Assembly: GCA_963662665.2 (NCBI GenBank)
Contig: CAXXJS010000061.1
Span: forward strand, 1-64,000
Source of the DNA: Candidatus Latescibacterota bacterium
GTDB taxonomy: Bacteria; Latescibacterota; UBA2968; GCA-2709665
Length of the DNA: 64,000 nucleotides
Direction of reading: 5' to 3'
Each line of letters opens with the position of its first letter. Position 1 is the stretch's first letter. The translations under genes and the position numbers were made by a program. Below the pieces are notes generated by a model, which saw nothing but the letters and a program-made list of their open reading frames with translations, did no database searches and had not been told where the DNA came from. Below, piece by piece: positions 48,854-59,157 of the stretch.

Positions 48854-48882
48854 TTGCAAATGATATCAAAATTTGATATCAT
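48854..48882 (+). promoter_or_regulatory. hicAB promoter and operator
   Basis: TTGCAA-N17-TATCAT; perfect inverted repeat TGATATCAAA-A-TTTGATATCA (48861-48881). Confidence 0.7.
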
Positions 48883-48888
48883 TTACTC

Positions 48889-49143
48889 GTAAACAAACGG
48901 CACCGGGATACTCTGGCTGATACTTTCAGGACGCCCGTTTCTACCGGACTGGAATGGAGGCGTATAGAAGCTCTTTTCAAGGCAATTGGAGCTGAATCGA
49001 TTGAAGGCAGAGGTTCACGGGTGCGGTTTGCGCTTAATGGTGTCGTCGCCACCTTTCACCGTCCTCACCCTCACAAAGAGGCAAGAGTCTATCAAGTGCG
49101 TGATGCGAGACATTTCCTACAACGGGCAGGAGTTACCCCATGA
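48889..49143 (+). pseudogene. hicA: HicA toxin, intact frame but GTA in place of a start codon
   Basis: NKRHRDTL...WRRIEALF...EGRGSRVRF...FHRPHPHKEA; absent from the ORF track; ATGA overlap with hicB. Confidence 0.8.
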
Positions 49144-49484
49144 ACACAATGACCCATAAAGGATATGCGGCTCGGATTGACTATAGTGATGAAGATGGCT
49201 GCTTCATTGGTCATATTGCAGGGATCAATGATGTGGTAGGCTTTCACGGCGAATCGGTTGAAGAACTGCGTTACGCCTTTGAAGAATCTGTTGACGACTA
49301 TCTTGAAACCTGTGAAAAGCTCAACAGATCCCCTCAAAAGCCGTATTCCGGCAGACTGATGTTGCGCATTCCTCCAGAGGTTCACGCAGCGATCGCGACG
49401 GCGGCTGAAGTAAGTGGAAAGAGTATCAATCAGTGGGCGACAGAAACGCTCGCCGGTGTTTTGGCGCCGGATGCACGACGATGA
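49140..49484 (+). CDS. hicB: HicB antitoxin
   Basis: HKGYAARIDY, FHGESVEEL, KPYSGRLMLRIPPEVH, SINQW. Confidence 0.92.
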   Translation: MNTMTHKGYAARIDYSDEDGCFIGHIAGINDVVGFHGESVEELRYAFEESVDDYLETCEKLNRSPQKPYSGRLMLRIPPEVHAAIATAAEVSGKSINQWATETLAGVLAPDARR

Positions 49485-49521
49485 GAAAAGCGAAAACATC
49501 TTACATTCGGAAGGGTCATTA

Positions 49522-50580
49522 ATGCCACGTCATGACATTCATTGTCGATTCTTCTCGCAGGAAGACCTCCTGGCCGCAGGATGCCTGGATATCCGGATGG
49601 CGATGGACGCTGCCGAATCGGCTATTCGTGCCTTCGATGAAGGAGACGTTCTGTTTCCTGACAAGATCGTGCAGATCTTCAACGATGAAACCCAGGAGAG
49701 AATCAACTGTCTGCCGGCCACGTTCAAGGGTAAGGGGATATGCGGCATGAAGTGGGTGTCGGTCTTTCCACCGAATCCGGTCAAACATGGTATTCAGAAT
49801 CTCTCGGCAGTGATCATTTTGTCCGAGATTGTTCATGGATTTCCAATTGCGTTCATGGAAGGCACGCTATGTTCCAACGTTCGGGTTGGAAGCATCGGCG
49901 CACTGGCCGCCAGGTATCTGGCGCGTCAGGACTCAACGTCGATCGGATTCATCGGCGCCGGTGAACAGGCAAAGATGCATCTGATCGCGATGAAGGCCGC
50001 CATACCATCCCTGACAACATGCGGTGTTGCCGCGAAACTGGGTGCTGAGGAAGAACAGTTCACGAAGGAAATGTCTGCTATCATTCCGGACATGGATTTT
50101 TCGGTCGCGAATTCAGACCTCGAACGTGCCGTAAACGGAGCGGACATCATTGTCACGGCAACAAGTGCACAGGCGCCGCTTCTTAAGGCGGAATGGATGA
50201 AACCCGGAGCTTTCTACAGTCATATTGGCGGCTGGGAAGATGAATACAACGTAGCGAAACAGTGCGAAAAGATTGTCTGCGATGACTGGGAGACCGTGAA
50301 ACACAGAACACAGACGCTCAGCCGAATGTACAAGGACGGCCTGCTGACGGATAACGACTTGCATGCGAATCTCGTGGAATTGGTGCGTGGTACGAAGCCG
50401 GGAAGGGAAAACGACGACGAAAGAATCTATTTTAATGCGGTGGGTTTGGCCTACGTTGACGTTGGGATCGCCATTGCCATGTATGAGAGAGCCCTCGAAG
50501 CCGGCATGGGACAGGATCTGCAACTGCAGCGTGAGATGATATTTGAGCATGCAGACCTTAAAGATTGGGTGCGACTGTGA
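49522..50580 (+). CDS. Ornithine cyclodeaminase/mu-crystallin family protein
   Basis: GMKWVSVFPPN, IGAGEQA, ADIIVTAT, VGLAYVD. Confidence 0.88.
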   Translation: MPRHDIHCRFFSQEDLLAAGCLDIRMAMDAAESAIRAFDEGDVLFPDKIVQIFNDETQERINCLPATFKGKGICGMKWVSVFPPNPVKHGIQNLSAVIILSEIVHGFPIAFMEGTLCSNVRVGSIGALAARYLARQDSTSIGFIGAGEQAKMHLIAMKAAIPSLTTCGVAAKLGAEEEQFTKEMSAIIPDMDFSVANSDLERAVNGADIIVTATSAQAPLLKAEWMKPGAFYSHIGGWEDEYNVAKQCEKIVCDDWETVKHRTQTLSRMYKDGLLTDNDLHANLVELVRGTKPGRENDDERIYFNAVGLAYVDVGIAIAMYERALEAGMGQDLQLQREMIFEHADLKDWVRL

Positions 50581-50868
50581 CAAACGTGGCCGCGTGCGAG
50601 TGCCGAGAGAGGTCATCGGCCAACCATCGCATGCGCCGGAAGCGCCGATTCTTTAGGTACTGAATGGAAAGCCAACAGGCGGCTCAGTGATCCCGGTCAT
50701 TGGTGTCGACGGATACCGATCAGAATCCCCACCGGACAGGCTGTCTGGTGGGGATTCTGCACGACGTACGCTGCCTTGCGCTTGCGTTCATCCCGCACAC
50801 ATGGGGTCGCAACCCGGCGAAGTCGTTTGAGGCCCCGCGACGTGGGCGGATCAAGAGGGAAGTTTCCG

Positions 50869-51447
50869 ATGAGGATTTCAGTCGTCAGCAGCAGTCTCGA
50901 TGCCGACAGTCGCAGCAGGGTGCTTGCCGCCATGTGTCGGAACGCATTGGAGGACCGGGGGCATTCCGTTGACTTCATCGATCTTCGACAACTCGATCCG
51001 CCGAATTTCGACGATGACGAGATCTATTCATCTGAGGTGTACCAATCGTGCCACAGGATCATTGCGGCATCTGATGCGGTAATATTGGCCAGTCCGGTAT
51101 ATAACTGGGCGTGTTGCGCTGAGCTCAAGAAATTTGTCGAGTATATCGGCTCTACGCCACCCGGTGAATCGCTCAGAGGGGCGTTCTTTGACAAGGTCGT
51201 GATGTTTGTCAATTCGGGCGGCTTGCCGCACAGCTATATGGCGTTTGCGTCGCTGGCAACGTCCCTGATGCTGGACTTCAAGTGCATTGTCAGCCCGTAT
51301 AATGTGTATGCCCACGACGGAAATTGGGGTGAGGGAGGCGGCCCCGACGATGCGACTACGGCCAGGTTAAACAAGTCACGGTCTGTACTGATTGAGCTCG
51401 CGGAGCGACTCCAGAGCCGGTCGTATGTGTCGAACTGGGAAATCTGA
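50869..51447 (+). CDS. NADPH-dependent FMN reductase
   Basis: SSSLDADSRS, ASPVYNW, LKKFVE. Confidence 0.85.
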   Translation: MRISVVSSSLDADSRSRVLAAMCRNALEDRGHSVDFIDLRQLDPPNFDDDEIYSSEVYQSCHRIIAASDAVILASPVYNWACCAELKKFVEYIGSTPPGESLRGAFFDKVVMFVNSGGLPHSYMAFASLATSLMLDFKCIVSPYNVYAHDGNWGEGGGPDDATTARLNKSRSVLIELAERLQSRSYVSNWEI

Positions 51448-51459
51448 GGCGTGAACAAC

Positions 51460-51541
51460 CTATAATACCGTGCCCCTGGCTCCGGGCCATACGGCCCTTC
51501 GCCCAACCGCTTTGCGGTTCAGGGGCACGAAGACGTTACAC
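51460..51541 (+). repeat. attC site
   Basis: CTATAAT...CGTGCCCCTG/CAGGGGCACG...GTTACAC. Confidence 0.75.
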
Positions 51542-51615
51542 GACATGGGAAGATTGCGGGCAGAAAGCGCTTGCCGCCATCCACAACATTTGACAATATC
51601 TCGTTCGGGGGCACA

Positions 51616-53454
51616 ATGTCTGATCATCGAATGAATTTCCTAATCAGAGACGTGACAAGAGACTTTCGAAACGTTTGTGCCAGCGTGGCAATGGTTGTGC
51701 GTACCGCCCCAAGTCAGTTGGTGCGTTTAGTTGTCCTAATGATAGTCTTAGGGTCAGGACCATCTGCGATCCTGTACATTCAGAAGATGGTAATTGATGA
51801 AGTTGTGGAGCACAAGGAATATTCAGTTGATGTATCTCTGTCAGTTGCTCTTATCGTGGGGATGATTGCCTTTGTTATATGCAATCTTCTGATGGACTCC
51901 ATCGAGACGATTCAGGGATTCCGAGTGGGGATTTTTGGGCGGGTTGTTGAGGGCAGAATAAAGGAGAGGGTATATCATAAGATCGCAATGTTTAACGATA
52001 TAGCACTTTTTGAGACACCCCAACTATTGAACGAACTCGAGCTTGCGCTTCGCGGAGTTGGCAGACTAAGGAGTCTTACCGCCGTAGTTGGGAATCTTTT
52101 GACCGGAACATTCGTGGTGATTCCTGTATTAGTTCTGTCAGCTTCGATTGAGTGGTGGGTTCCAATCGTGATTTTCGGCCTAATGGTGCCGTCTGTTTGT
52201 GTTCAATTCTATTACGAACAAAAGGCGTGGAACCTAGAGGCGCGACAAGCAAGTCTTCAAAGGCAGGTTGGGATCTTCGAAAGGATCCTGACTTCGAAGG
52301 AATTCGCAAAGGAGCTTCGGTTGTTCGGGATCCAGTCGTTGATCCTCGATCGTTGGAAGGATAAGTTTTGGTCTGCCTTCAGAGAAAGCTACGAGGTGAC
52401 GAGGCGTGGAACTTATCAGATTCTATTTTGGTCGCTACTCAGCGGTGTCGGAGTCGGTGCGCCGTTCGTGTACGTTGTTCTCGCAGTCTTGGATGGGCGT
52501 TTTTCGGTCGGTGATCTAGCGCTCTACGTTGGTCTTGTGTTCCAGGCACAGCGCGGCATTTACGTCATGGTCTGCAATGCGTCCGAGCTTCGCATTCTTG
52601 GGCTAGGTACCGGGCCAATCTTTCACATTCTCAATCTTGAACCAGGACTGAAGGATCAAGGCGGAGAAGTCGTTGAACGACATAAGTCAGCAATCGACAT
52701 TGACGGACTGTCCTTTTCGTATCCTGGAGAGACTCGTCTTGTACTGAAAGACATTAATCTGAGACTGCGAGACGGGGAGACAGTTGCAATTGTTGGAGAG
52801 AACGGAGCAGGAAAAACCACGCTTGTAAAGTTGCTATGTCGGCTCTTCGACCCTGTTAAGGGATCGATTTCCTGGAATGGTACGGATATCCGGGAAATTG
52901 GCTTAGCGGATCTAAGACGAAAAATCGGTACGGTGATGCAGGACTTCGCGCGGTTTCCGCTCTCGGGTGCAGAGAACATTGGCATCGGGTCAATTGACAA
53001 CCTGTGTGATAGGGATGCTATTGAAGCCGCAGCCACCGGTGCCGGACTTCGTGAGGTCCTTAAGACGCGGCCAGGATTTATGGACAAGCACTTAACAAGG
53101 GAACTCGATGACGGTATTGAACTATCCGGGGGGGAGTGGCAGCGGGTAGCACTTGCTCGAGCCTTCATGAGGCTGTCGCGATGCAGCCTGGCAATCCTGG
53201 ACGAGCCTACTGCGGCCCTGGATCCGAAAACGGAGTATGAAATACACTCCGTTCTAGCAGACATTGCTAAGGACAAGACTTCCGTGATTATTACACATCG
53301 GCTTTCCCTCGCTCGAATTTCTGACAGGATCGTTGTCCTTGAAGATGGTAGAGTCGTGGAGGAGGGCACTCACGAGGAGTTGATGTCGATCAGAGGCGTG
53401 TATTCATCAATGTTCAAGCGGCAAGCAATTCGCTACACGGATAATCCGGCATAG
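51616..53454 (+). CDS. ABC exporter, fused permease and ATPase
   Basis: GENGAGKT, LSGGEWQR, ILDEPT; N-terminal TM domain. Confidence 0.92.
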   Translation: MSDHRMNFLIRDVTRDFRNVCASVAMVVRTAPSQLVRLVVLMIVLGSGPSAILYIQKMVIDEVVEHKEYSVDVSLSVALIVGMIAFVICNLLMDSIETIQGFRVGIFGRVVEGRIKERVYHKIAMFNDIALFETPQLLNELELALRGVGRLRSLTAVVGNLLTGTFVVIPVLVLSASIEWWVPIVIFGLMVPSVCVQFYYEQKAWNLEARQASLQRQVGIFERILTSKEFAKELRLFGIQSLILDRWKDKFWSAFRESYEVTRRGTYQILFWSLLSGVGVGAPFVYVVLAVLDGRFSVGDLALYVGLVFQAQRGIYVMVCNASELRILGLGTGPIFHILNLEPGLKDQGGEVVERHKSAIDIDGLSFSYPGETRLVLKDINLRLRDGETVAIVGENGAGKTTLVKLLCRLFDPVKGSISWNGTDIREIGLADLRRKIGTVMQDFARFPLSGAENIGIGSIDNLCDRDAIEAAATGAGLREVLKTRPGFMDKHLTRELDDGIELSGGEWQRVALARAFMRLSRCSLAILDEPTAALDPKTEYEIHSVLADIAKDKTSVIITHRLSLARISDRIVVLEDGRVVEEGTHEELMSIRGVYSSMFKRQAIRYTDNPA

Positions 53455-53513
53455 TTATGAGTAATGCAAGCTCATCGAAATGACGTACTCGATTTTGATA
53501 AAGGGGACAGGAA

Positions 53514-53624
53514 ATGAAGACGTATGGACGATGTGACGATCAATTTGTTTCTCAAGAATTTGGAAGCGAAGGGTTGCTGCTCAGTCTTCAAACGGGGCAA
53601 TATTACTCACTGAATCACACTGCT
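53514..53624 (+). pseudogene. PqqD/RRE-like fragment
   Basis: VSQEFGSEGLLLSLQTGQYYSLNHTA runs into an attC-like site. Confidence 0.5.
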
Positions 53625-53749
53625 ATTGCAGGCACCGGGTTCACGGAGTTTCCGCGACCGATTGCAGTGGGTAAATTCTGCGCCGCCTTCAGGCGGCTTG
53701 GGTTTCGCCAACCGGCTAAGCCGGTTCATTAATCCACAAAACGTTACCT
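53625..53749 (+). repeat. attC-like site
   Basis: ATTGCAGG.../GTTACCTGCAAT ends; internal AACCGGCT/AGCCGGTT hairpin. Confidence 0.6.
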
Positions 53750-54092
53750 GCAATGCGCCGCTACGGCCGGTGCCGGGCCGGGAAAACCAATGGAATCCCG
53801 CTATCCCAGATCCAGAGACGAAACGGGCCCACTGCCTGATCAGTCAGAGATTACGGAACTCTGCAAGCGATTCTGGGATCTGGAAGTAAACCGCGTCCGC
53901 AGGGCGAATTCGCGGTGCGTCTTCTTTTGCGACAGTTTGCGGAACCGGATCAAACACCTTCAGCCCTGTTTCACACCTGTTCTCCTTGTAGGGGCGTCCC
54001 TTGTAGGCACCCGGCTTCGGGGGTCGTGGTGATGTCTTGTAGCTGTTTGCGGCGCGGGGGCACGTCATTTTCGCGCATCGAGTATTGACCTG

Positions 54093-54602
54093 TTGCAGGG
54101 GGAATCGATGTTCTCCGACGCTTCAATTGTGGTGATTGCTTTTCTCATCCTTGGTCCCGTTTTTGTTGGTATTCTCTTCAAGCTTTTCAGCCCCAAAATG
54201 CGCTCAGTTATCGATGTGCGAGGGCTTTCGGCGGATGAACAATTGGCTTTCCTTGAAGCCGCAGTGATAACGCTCCACGTTTAAGACCAACGACAAATGT
54301 CTGAGGAAATCGGGTTTCGGTCATTCCTTGGGCGTACCGAATGGAGAATTGACACTAAGAAAGAAATGGTTGGAATCCGCCCAAGAGCGTTGCGTGCTTT
54401 ACAGGACCCTCTTGATCTGGAAGCCTATATGAATGGCATCAAGGCAAAGTTATCCAGTGATAGGGTGGCAGATGCAATTCTGTCGGCCTGCAGGGATTTG
54501 AGTGAAAATGAGGGTGTTTCGCGGATTGAGGGCAGATTGTTGGCAGAACTTGAACGCAAATTACGTCCCGAAATTGAGCAGGTCCGAGTCGATGAGGGTT
54601 GA
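54093..54602 (+). pseudogene. Hypothetical gene split by an in-frame stop
   Basis: ORFs 54093-54284 and 54297-54602 are in the same frame, separated by a single TAA. Confidence 0.45.
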
Positions 54603-54729
54603 ATTCCTCGTAGGAAGCACGGGATCGAAGGCGTGTGCGTTTTCGACGCAATCAACAGCTTGAAATGAAGGAGTCGGTTAACCGATGCGAGTCTCGGCTT
54701 CCTCTGGATCGATCGGGATCTGACCATCC

Positions 54730-55521
54730 ATGCACTTATACACCTACTTGCTGAAGATCCAGCTGCTCAACGCGCTGGCCTACCGCTTCGAGTATCTGTC
54801 ATCCATCGGGCGGAACCTGTTCTTCCTCCTCGGTTCCGTCTTCCTCTGGCGCACCGCGTATCGGGGGATCGACCAGGTCGCCGGAGTCACCGAGGCGCAG
54901 ATGGTTACCTATGCGGTCGTTGCCGTGCTGATGAATGCATGCTTTACAGTCAGCATCGACGACGTGCTTTTTAGCAAGATCCGCGCAGGTGAAATCGCAC
55001 TCGACCTGATCCGTCCGGTGAACCTTGTCTGGTACTGGATGACCGAAGACGTGGGGCGTTCGTTTGCCGCAGTCACACAGTTCGCCCTGCCCCTGCTGGC
55101 CGTCTCCCTCCTCTTTGTGGCGCCCCCGCTGCCCGCGGGAGTGGAAGCGTGGCTGCTGTTTCTGCCGAGTTGTGCGCTGAGCTTCCTGCTGCTGTGGCTG
55201 CTTAGCGTCCTGGTGGGCATGACGGCCTTCTGGGTCACGGACTTCGGGGACGTGGGCTCAGTGAAGACTAGCCTCGTCTTCGCCCTGTCGGGACGATTGG
55301 TGCCGATGTGGCTCTTCCCCGACTTCATCGCCGATGTATCGCGGTGGCTGCCGTTCCAGTACATGTACCAGGCGCCGCTGGAGATCTACATCGGTCGCGC
55401 CACTGCCGCGGAGGTCGTCCACATTCTCTCCGTGCAGGCGCTCTGGGTCGTGGTCTTCGCCCTGCTCGTTGGTCTCGTCTGGACGCGCGCCCAGCGGCGG
55501 GTCTTCGTACAGGGAGGATAG
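54730..55521 (+). CDS. ABC-2 family permease
   Basis: IRAGEIALDLIRPV, LSGRLVP, C-terminal VQGG. Confidence 0.88.
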   Translation: MHLYTYLLKIQLLNALAYRFEYLSSIGRNLFFLLGSVFLWRTAYRGIDQVAGVTEAQMVTYAVVAVLMNACFTVSIDDVLFSKIRAGEIALDLIRPVNLVWYWMTEDVGRSFAAVTQFALPLLAVSLLFVAPPLPAGVEAWLLFLPSCALSFLLLWLLSVLVGMTAFWVTDFGDVGSVKTSLVFALSGRLVPMWLFPDFIADVSRWLPFQYMYQAPLEIYIGRATAAEVVHILSVQALWVVVFALLVGLVWTRAQRRVFVQGG

Positions 55522-55529
55522 GTAAGCTC

Positions 55530-56345
55530 TTGATCGCCGACGTGCGTCATCACCTTTCCGTTGGAGCCCTGTATGGCCGCTTGTCGATACAGCGTGCGTT
55601 GGAATATCCGTTTTCGCTGCTGAGCATCTGCCTTGGACTGGGCTTCAACTACATCTGGATTGGCGTCGCCCTGAACGTGCTGGTCGACCGGTTCCAGCCG
55701 CTATCAGGATGGACTTTCCCACAGCTCGCCTTTCTTTATGGGCTGAGCCTGATGAGCCGTGGCGTCATGTCCATCCTGTCATTTCAGTCGCGCCAGATCG
55801 ATCGTTTTGTCACGCGCGGCGAGTTCGACCTGATGCTTCTCAGACCTCTGGAAATCGCATTCCACTTTTCCTGTCACCGAATCAATGTGGTCGGCCTCGT
55901 GCATCTGGGCATTGGCGCGGGCTACTTCCTCTATGGGGCCCGGCTGTCCGGTTTTGTCTGGACGCCGCTGCACGTTGCCGAGGTACTCCTCGTCATCGCT
56001 GGCGGGTCCCTGATCTACTGGTCCTACCTTACGCTCATCAGCTCCATTGCGTTCTGGACCATGCGAAGCCAGCCCCTCGTGGACGCCAGCATGGAACTGA
56101 TGGCGCGTGGCACGTTTTACCCGTTGACCGTGTACCCGTGGCCCCTGCAGGCGCTATTGACCTTTGTACTGCCCCTCGGCTTCATCGGGTTCTACCCCGC
56201 CTGCGACTTCCTCGGCCAGAATGCGAACACGTCTCTGCCCCTTGACGTGGCCCTGTGGACGCCCGCCGTGGGTGTGGCCATGCTCGCCCTGGCGCTGGCC
56301 GTCTTTGCCGCCGGCCTTCGCCGCTATGAAAGCGCAGGATCGTAG
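55530..56345 (+). CDS. ABC-2 family permease
   Basis: GEFDLMLLRP, YPLTVYP, C-terminal YESAGS. Confidence 0.88.
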   Translation: MIADVRHHLSVGALYGRLSIQRALEYPFSLLSICLGLGFNYIWIGVALNVLVDRFQPLSGWTFPQLAFLYGLSLMSRGVMSILSFQSRQIDRFVTRGEFDLMLLRPLEIAFHFSCHRINVVGLVHLGIGAGYFLYGARLSGFVWTPLHVAEVLLVIAGGSLIYWSYLTLISSIAFWTMRSQPLVDASMELMARGTFYPLTVYPWPLQALLTFVLPLGFIGFYPACDFLGQNANTSLPLDVALWTPAVGVAMLALALAVFAAGLRRYESAGS

Positions 56346-57344
56346 ATGCCACATATAGAGTTGGAGGGGGTTTGCAAGACCTTCCGCGTGACGGCGAAGG
56401 GAAAGGGGTTGGCCGGTGCGGTGAAGGGCTTGTTCCGTCCCAACCGACGTGAAGTGTACGCGGTGCGCGACGTGAGCTTTGCGATTGAACCGGGCGAGCT
56501 GGTGGGATTCATCGGTCCAAACGGCGCGGGGAAGTCGACGACGATCAAGATGCTCTCCGGCATCCTCTACCCCACGTCCGGGCGCGTCACCGTCGTCGGC
56601 CTCTCGCCCCAGAGGCAACGGCGGGCGGTTGTCCGGCGAATTGGCGCCGTGTTCGGTCAGCGCAGCCAACTGAACTGGGACCTTCGCCTGGGTGAGTCCT
56701 ACGAACTCTTCAAGCGGATCTACCGCATTGCCGACGACGACTTCGAGCGAAGCCTGGCCGAGCTCTGCGAGGTCCTCGGCATCGGCGACCTGCTCGACAC
56801 GCCGGTGCGGCAGTTGTCCCTGGGACAACGCATGCGCGGGGAGTTGGCCTGCGCCATGCTGCACGCGCCGGATATCCTGTTTCTCGATGAGCCCACAATC
56901 GGGATGGACATCGAGGTGAAAGCGGCGATCCGGGCATTCATCCGAGACATCAATCGACGCCGGTGCACGACCGTGCTGCTGACCACGCACGACCTGGATG
57001 ACGTGGAGGAGCTCTGCGAGCGACTCATCATCATCAATCAGGGACGGATAATCGAAGACGGGCCACTGGCGGCGCTCGTCGACTCAATCACCCCGCACCG
57101 CTATCTGATTGTCGAGTGCGATCCGGGCGCCGGAGAGCCGCTGAGTGGGTTCGCGCATCCCAACGCGGAGATCCTCGAACGGCGGAACAATGTGGTCCGC
57201 ATCCGCTTTGCGAGGAGCCAGGTGTCTGCGCCGGCTCTCATCGCGGAGCTGTCGGCCCGCTATCGGGTGCGCGACGTGTCCGTCCAGGAGCCCGACATCG
57301 AGGACGTGATTCGCACGGTCTACGGGCGCGACGTTGAACACTAG
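56346..57344 (+). CDS. ABC transporter ATP-binding protein
   Basis: GPNGAGKST, LSLGQRMR, FLDEPT. Confidence 0.92.
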   Translation: MPHIELEGVCKTFRVTAKGKGLAGAVKGLFRPNRREVYAVRDVSFAIEPGELVGFIGPNGAGKSTTIKMLSGILYPTSGRVTVVGLSPQRQRRAVVRRIGAVFGQRSQLNWDLRLGESYELFKRIYRIADDDFERSLAELCEVLGIGDLLDTPVRQLSLGQRMRGELACAMLHAPDILFLDEPTIGMDIEVKAAIRAFIRDINRRRCTTVLLTTHDLDDVEELCERLIIINQGRIIEDGPLAALVDSITPHRYLIVECDPGAGEPLSGFAHPNAEILERRNNVVRIRFARSQVSAPALIAELSARYRVRDVSVQEPDIEDVIRTVYGRDVEH

Positions 57345-57433
57345 ACGCAGTCAGAGTGTTCAGAAAGCAGGATGATTTCCTGTGCTGCCAGATCGTTGTT
57401 CGGCACGCGATCACAACAAAATAGGAATGTAAT

Positions 57434-58075
57434 ATGAAAATTCTCTTCGTTTGCCTGCTCACGCTTCTCTTCTCGGTTTCGACCCTCGAAGCGGATTCCG
57501 GCTCCGCCGACGACTACGGACGGAGCCGGCCAGACGGCCTGATCATCCCGTGGCAATCGCTTCTTCAGGGTAAGGGCCTCCAGGGCTGGCAGGCGACCAC
57601 GTCATCCGGAGGGTGGTCTCGCGTTGGCGACGCCGTTGTCGGCGAACTGGATGGCAAACGCAAGTCCCATATTTTCCAGGGGGATGCCAACTGGAAGAAC
57701 TACGAGTATTCGCTTTTCGTCACGCTGGGAGAGGGCTCCTGCTTGCAGTTTCCCTTCCGCGCGACTGACAACAGGAAGGGCTTCTACTTTGTCGAATTCG
57801 ATTATGCGTGGCAGTCGATCAACGTCACGTTGCGCGAGCCGGGCATCCGCGGCGTTACCAAGCTCAGTGTCGTCAACTACGCTCTGGAAAAGGGCCGCGA
57901 GTACCACCTCATCATCTCGGCCCGGCACCGCTCGCTGACCACCTATATTGACGGTAAGCTCGTCAACCAGGTGACCGATGCCAGGTACGACGGGGGAGGC
58001 ATCGGCATCGCAATGTGGTGGGACACGCGAGCGGAGTACCGCGATCCGAAGATACGGCATTACAGTTGGCCGTAG
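57434..58075 (+). CDS. Secreted DUF1080-like beta-sandwich protein
   Basis: Signal peptide, WQSLL.GKGLQGW, YIDGKLV, GGIGI. Confidence 0.65.
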   Translation: MKILFVCLLTLLFSVSTLEADSGSADDYGRSRPDGLIIPWQSLLQGKGLQGWQATTSSGGWSRVGDAVVGELDGKRKSHIFQGDANWKNYEYSLFVTLGEGSCLQFPFRATDNRKGFYFVEFDYAWQSINVTLREPGIRGVTKLSVVNYALEKGREYHLIISARHRSLTTYIDGKLVNQVTDARYDGGGIGIAMWWDTRAEYRDPKIRHYSWP

Positions 58076-58181
58076 CGCTTTGCCCCGGAGATAGATCGCC
58101 GAAATTCGACTGAATAGAAGCAGAGGAAACAGCTATCAGCCGTCAGCTTGAATCAATAACTCCATCAGATAAACGGTCCAA

Positions 58182-58312
58182 TCACTCCCCCCTCGAGGGG
58201 GAGTCGGAAAAGCCGAGCCGGCCCCCTGAACCGGGCCTGCGGTCCCTGAGCCTTGTCCTCTGCCAGTCTTAGGACCGTCGAAGGGGCCGGCGACGGCTGA
58301 TGCGGTGGGGGG
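58182..58312. repeat. REP-like palindromic intergenic element
   Basis: ACTCCCCCCTCGAGGGGGAGT palindrome, AGCCG/CGGCT arms, closing GGGGGG. Confidence 0.45.
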
Positions 58313-58716
58313 ATGTCAACTTCGTAACGCATAAAAACAACATAAACCACAGGTACGTACCCTGTGTCTCCGGCAACTCACTGTGAAGGCTTGCGGACCT
58401 GCAGACACAAATGGACATGGAAAATTAGAGGAGTCTCTCGTGGCTGAAGTTCCCTTGGTCAGAATTGGACGCCCATCTGTCCCGATTCGGATTTTGCTTA
58501 CCGATGCAGAATTCGTTACATTTCCCGCGGGATTTCGTCGGTAGGATCCATATCCCAGGGAGAACACGGCACCATTGGCTGGGATTCCACGTCTATTGCC
58601 AAATTGACTTGGCCGTTTACGCTTTGGACCCCATCGGATTGAAGTCAGATTCAACATCGGTTGACACGGCACCTCTGACTTCGGGGGTGCCGGGTATTTT
58701 ATGGGTCATGTGACCA

Positions 58717-59157
58717 ATGAAAACCCGCCACAGAGCGTATGCGTATATCACCAGTGGGAGCCGCCTGCTCCTCTTCACTCAGCCCGGGGCGCCGGAAGCC
58801 GGCATTCAGGTTCCCGCGGGGACGATCGGGCCCGGTGAGAAGCCGGAGGATGCCGTGATGCGAGAAGCCGAAGAGGAGACGGGACTAACCGGGCTCAGAT
58901 ATGAACGGTTCCTGGTCCGGGATACACGGGACATGCGGGATTGCGGGAGCGATGAACGACAACATCGCTGGTTCTTTCATCTAACCGTCGAAGCACCAAC
59001 GGAGGAAACCTGGCGTCACGGAGAACATTCGGAGGACGGATCGCTTATCCATCCGTTCGATTTCTTCTGGGCCGACGTCAGAACACTTCCTGATCTCGTT
59101 GCGGGATACGACGACAAGATTGATTTACTGAGAGAGTCAATGGACGCATGCGGGTAG
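58717..59157 (+). CDS. NUDIX hydrolase
   Basis: PAGTIGPGE...REAEEETGL. Confidence 0.9.
   Translation: MKTRHRAYAYITSGSRLLLFTQPGAPEAGIQVPAGTIGPGEKPEDAVMREAEEETGLTGLRYERFLVRDTRDMRDCGSDERQHRWFFHLTVEAPTEETWRHGEHSEDGSLIHPFDFFWADVRTLPDLVAGYDDKIDLLRESMDACG

Noticed and set aside
50618-50705. attC between the cyclodeaminase and FMN reductase genes
   Set aside because: GCCAAC is present but the R' is degenerate (CATTGG) and pairing is weak; not supported enough.
53988-54012. GTAG-type REP sequence
   Set aside because: Single weak copy and no RAYT transposase in the window.
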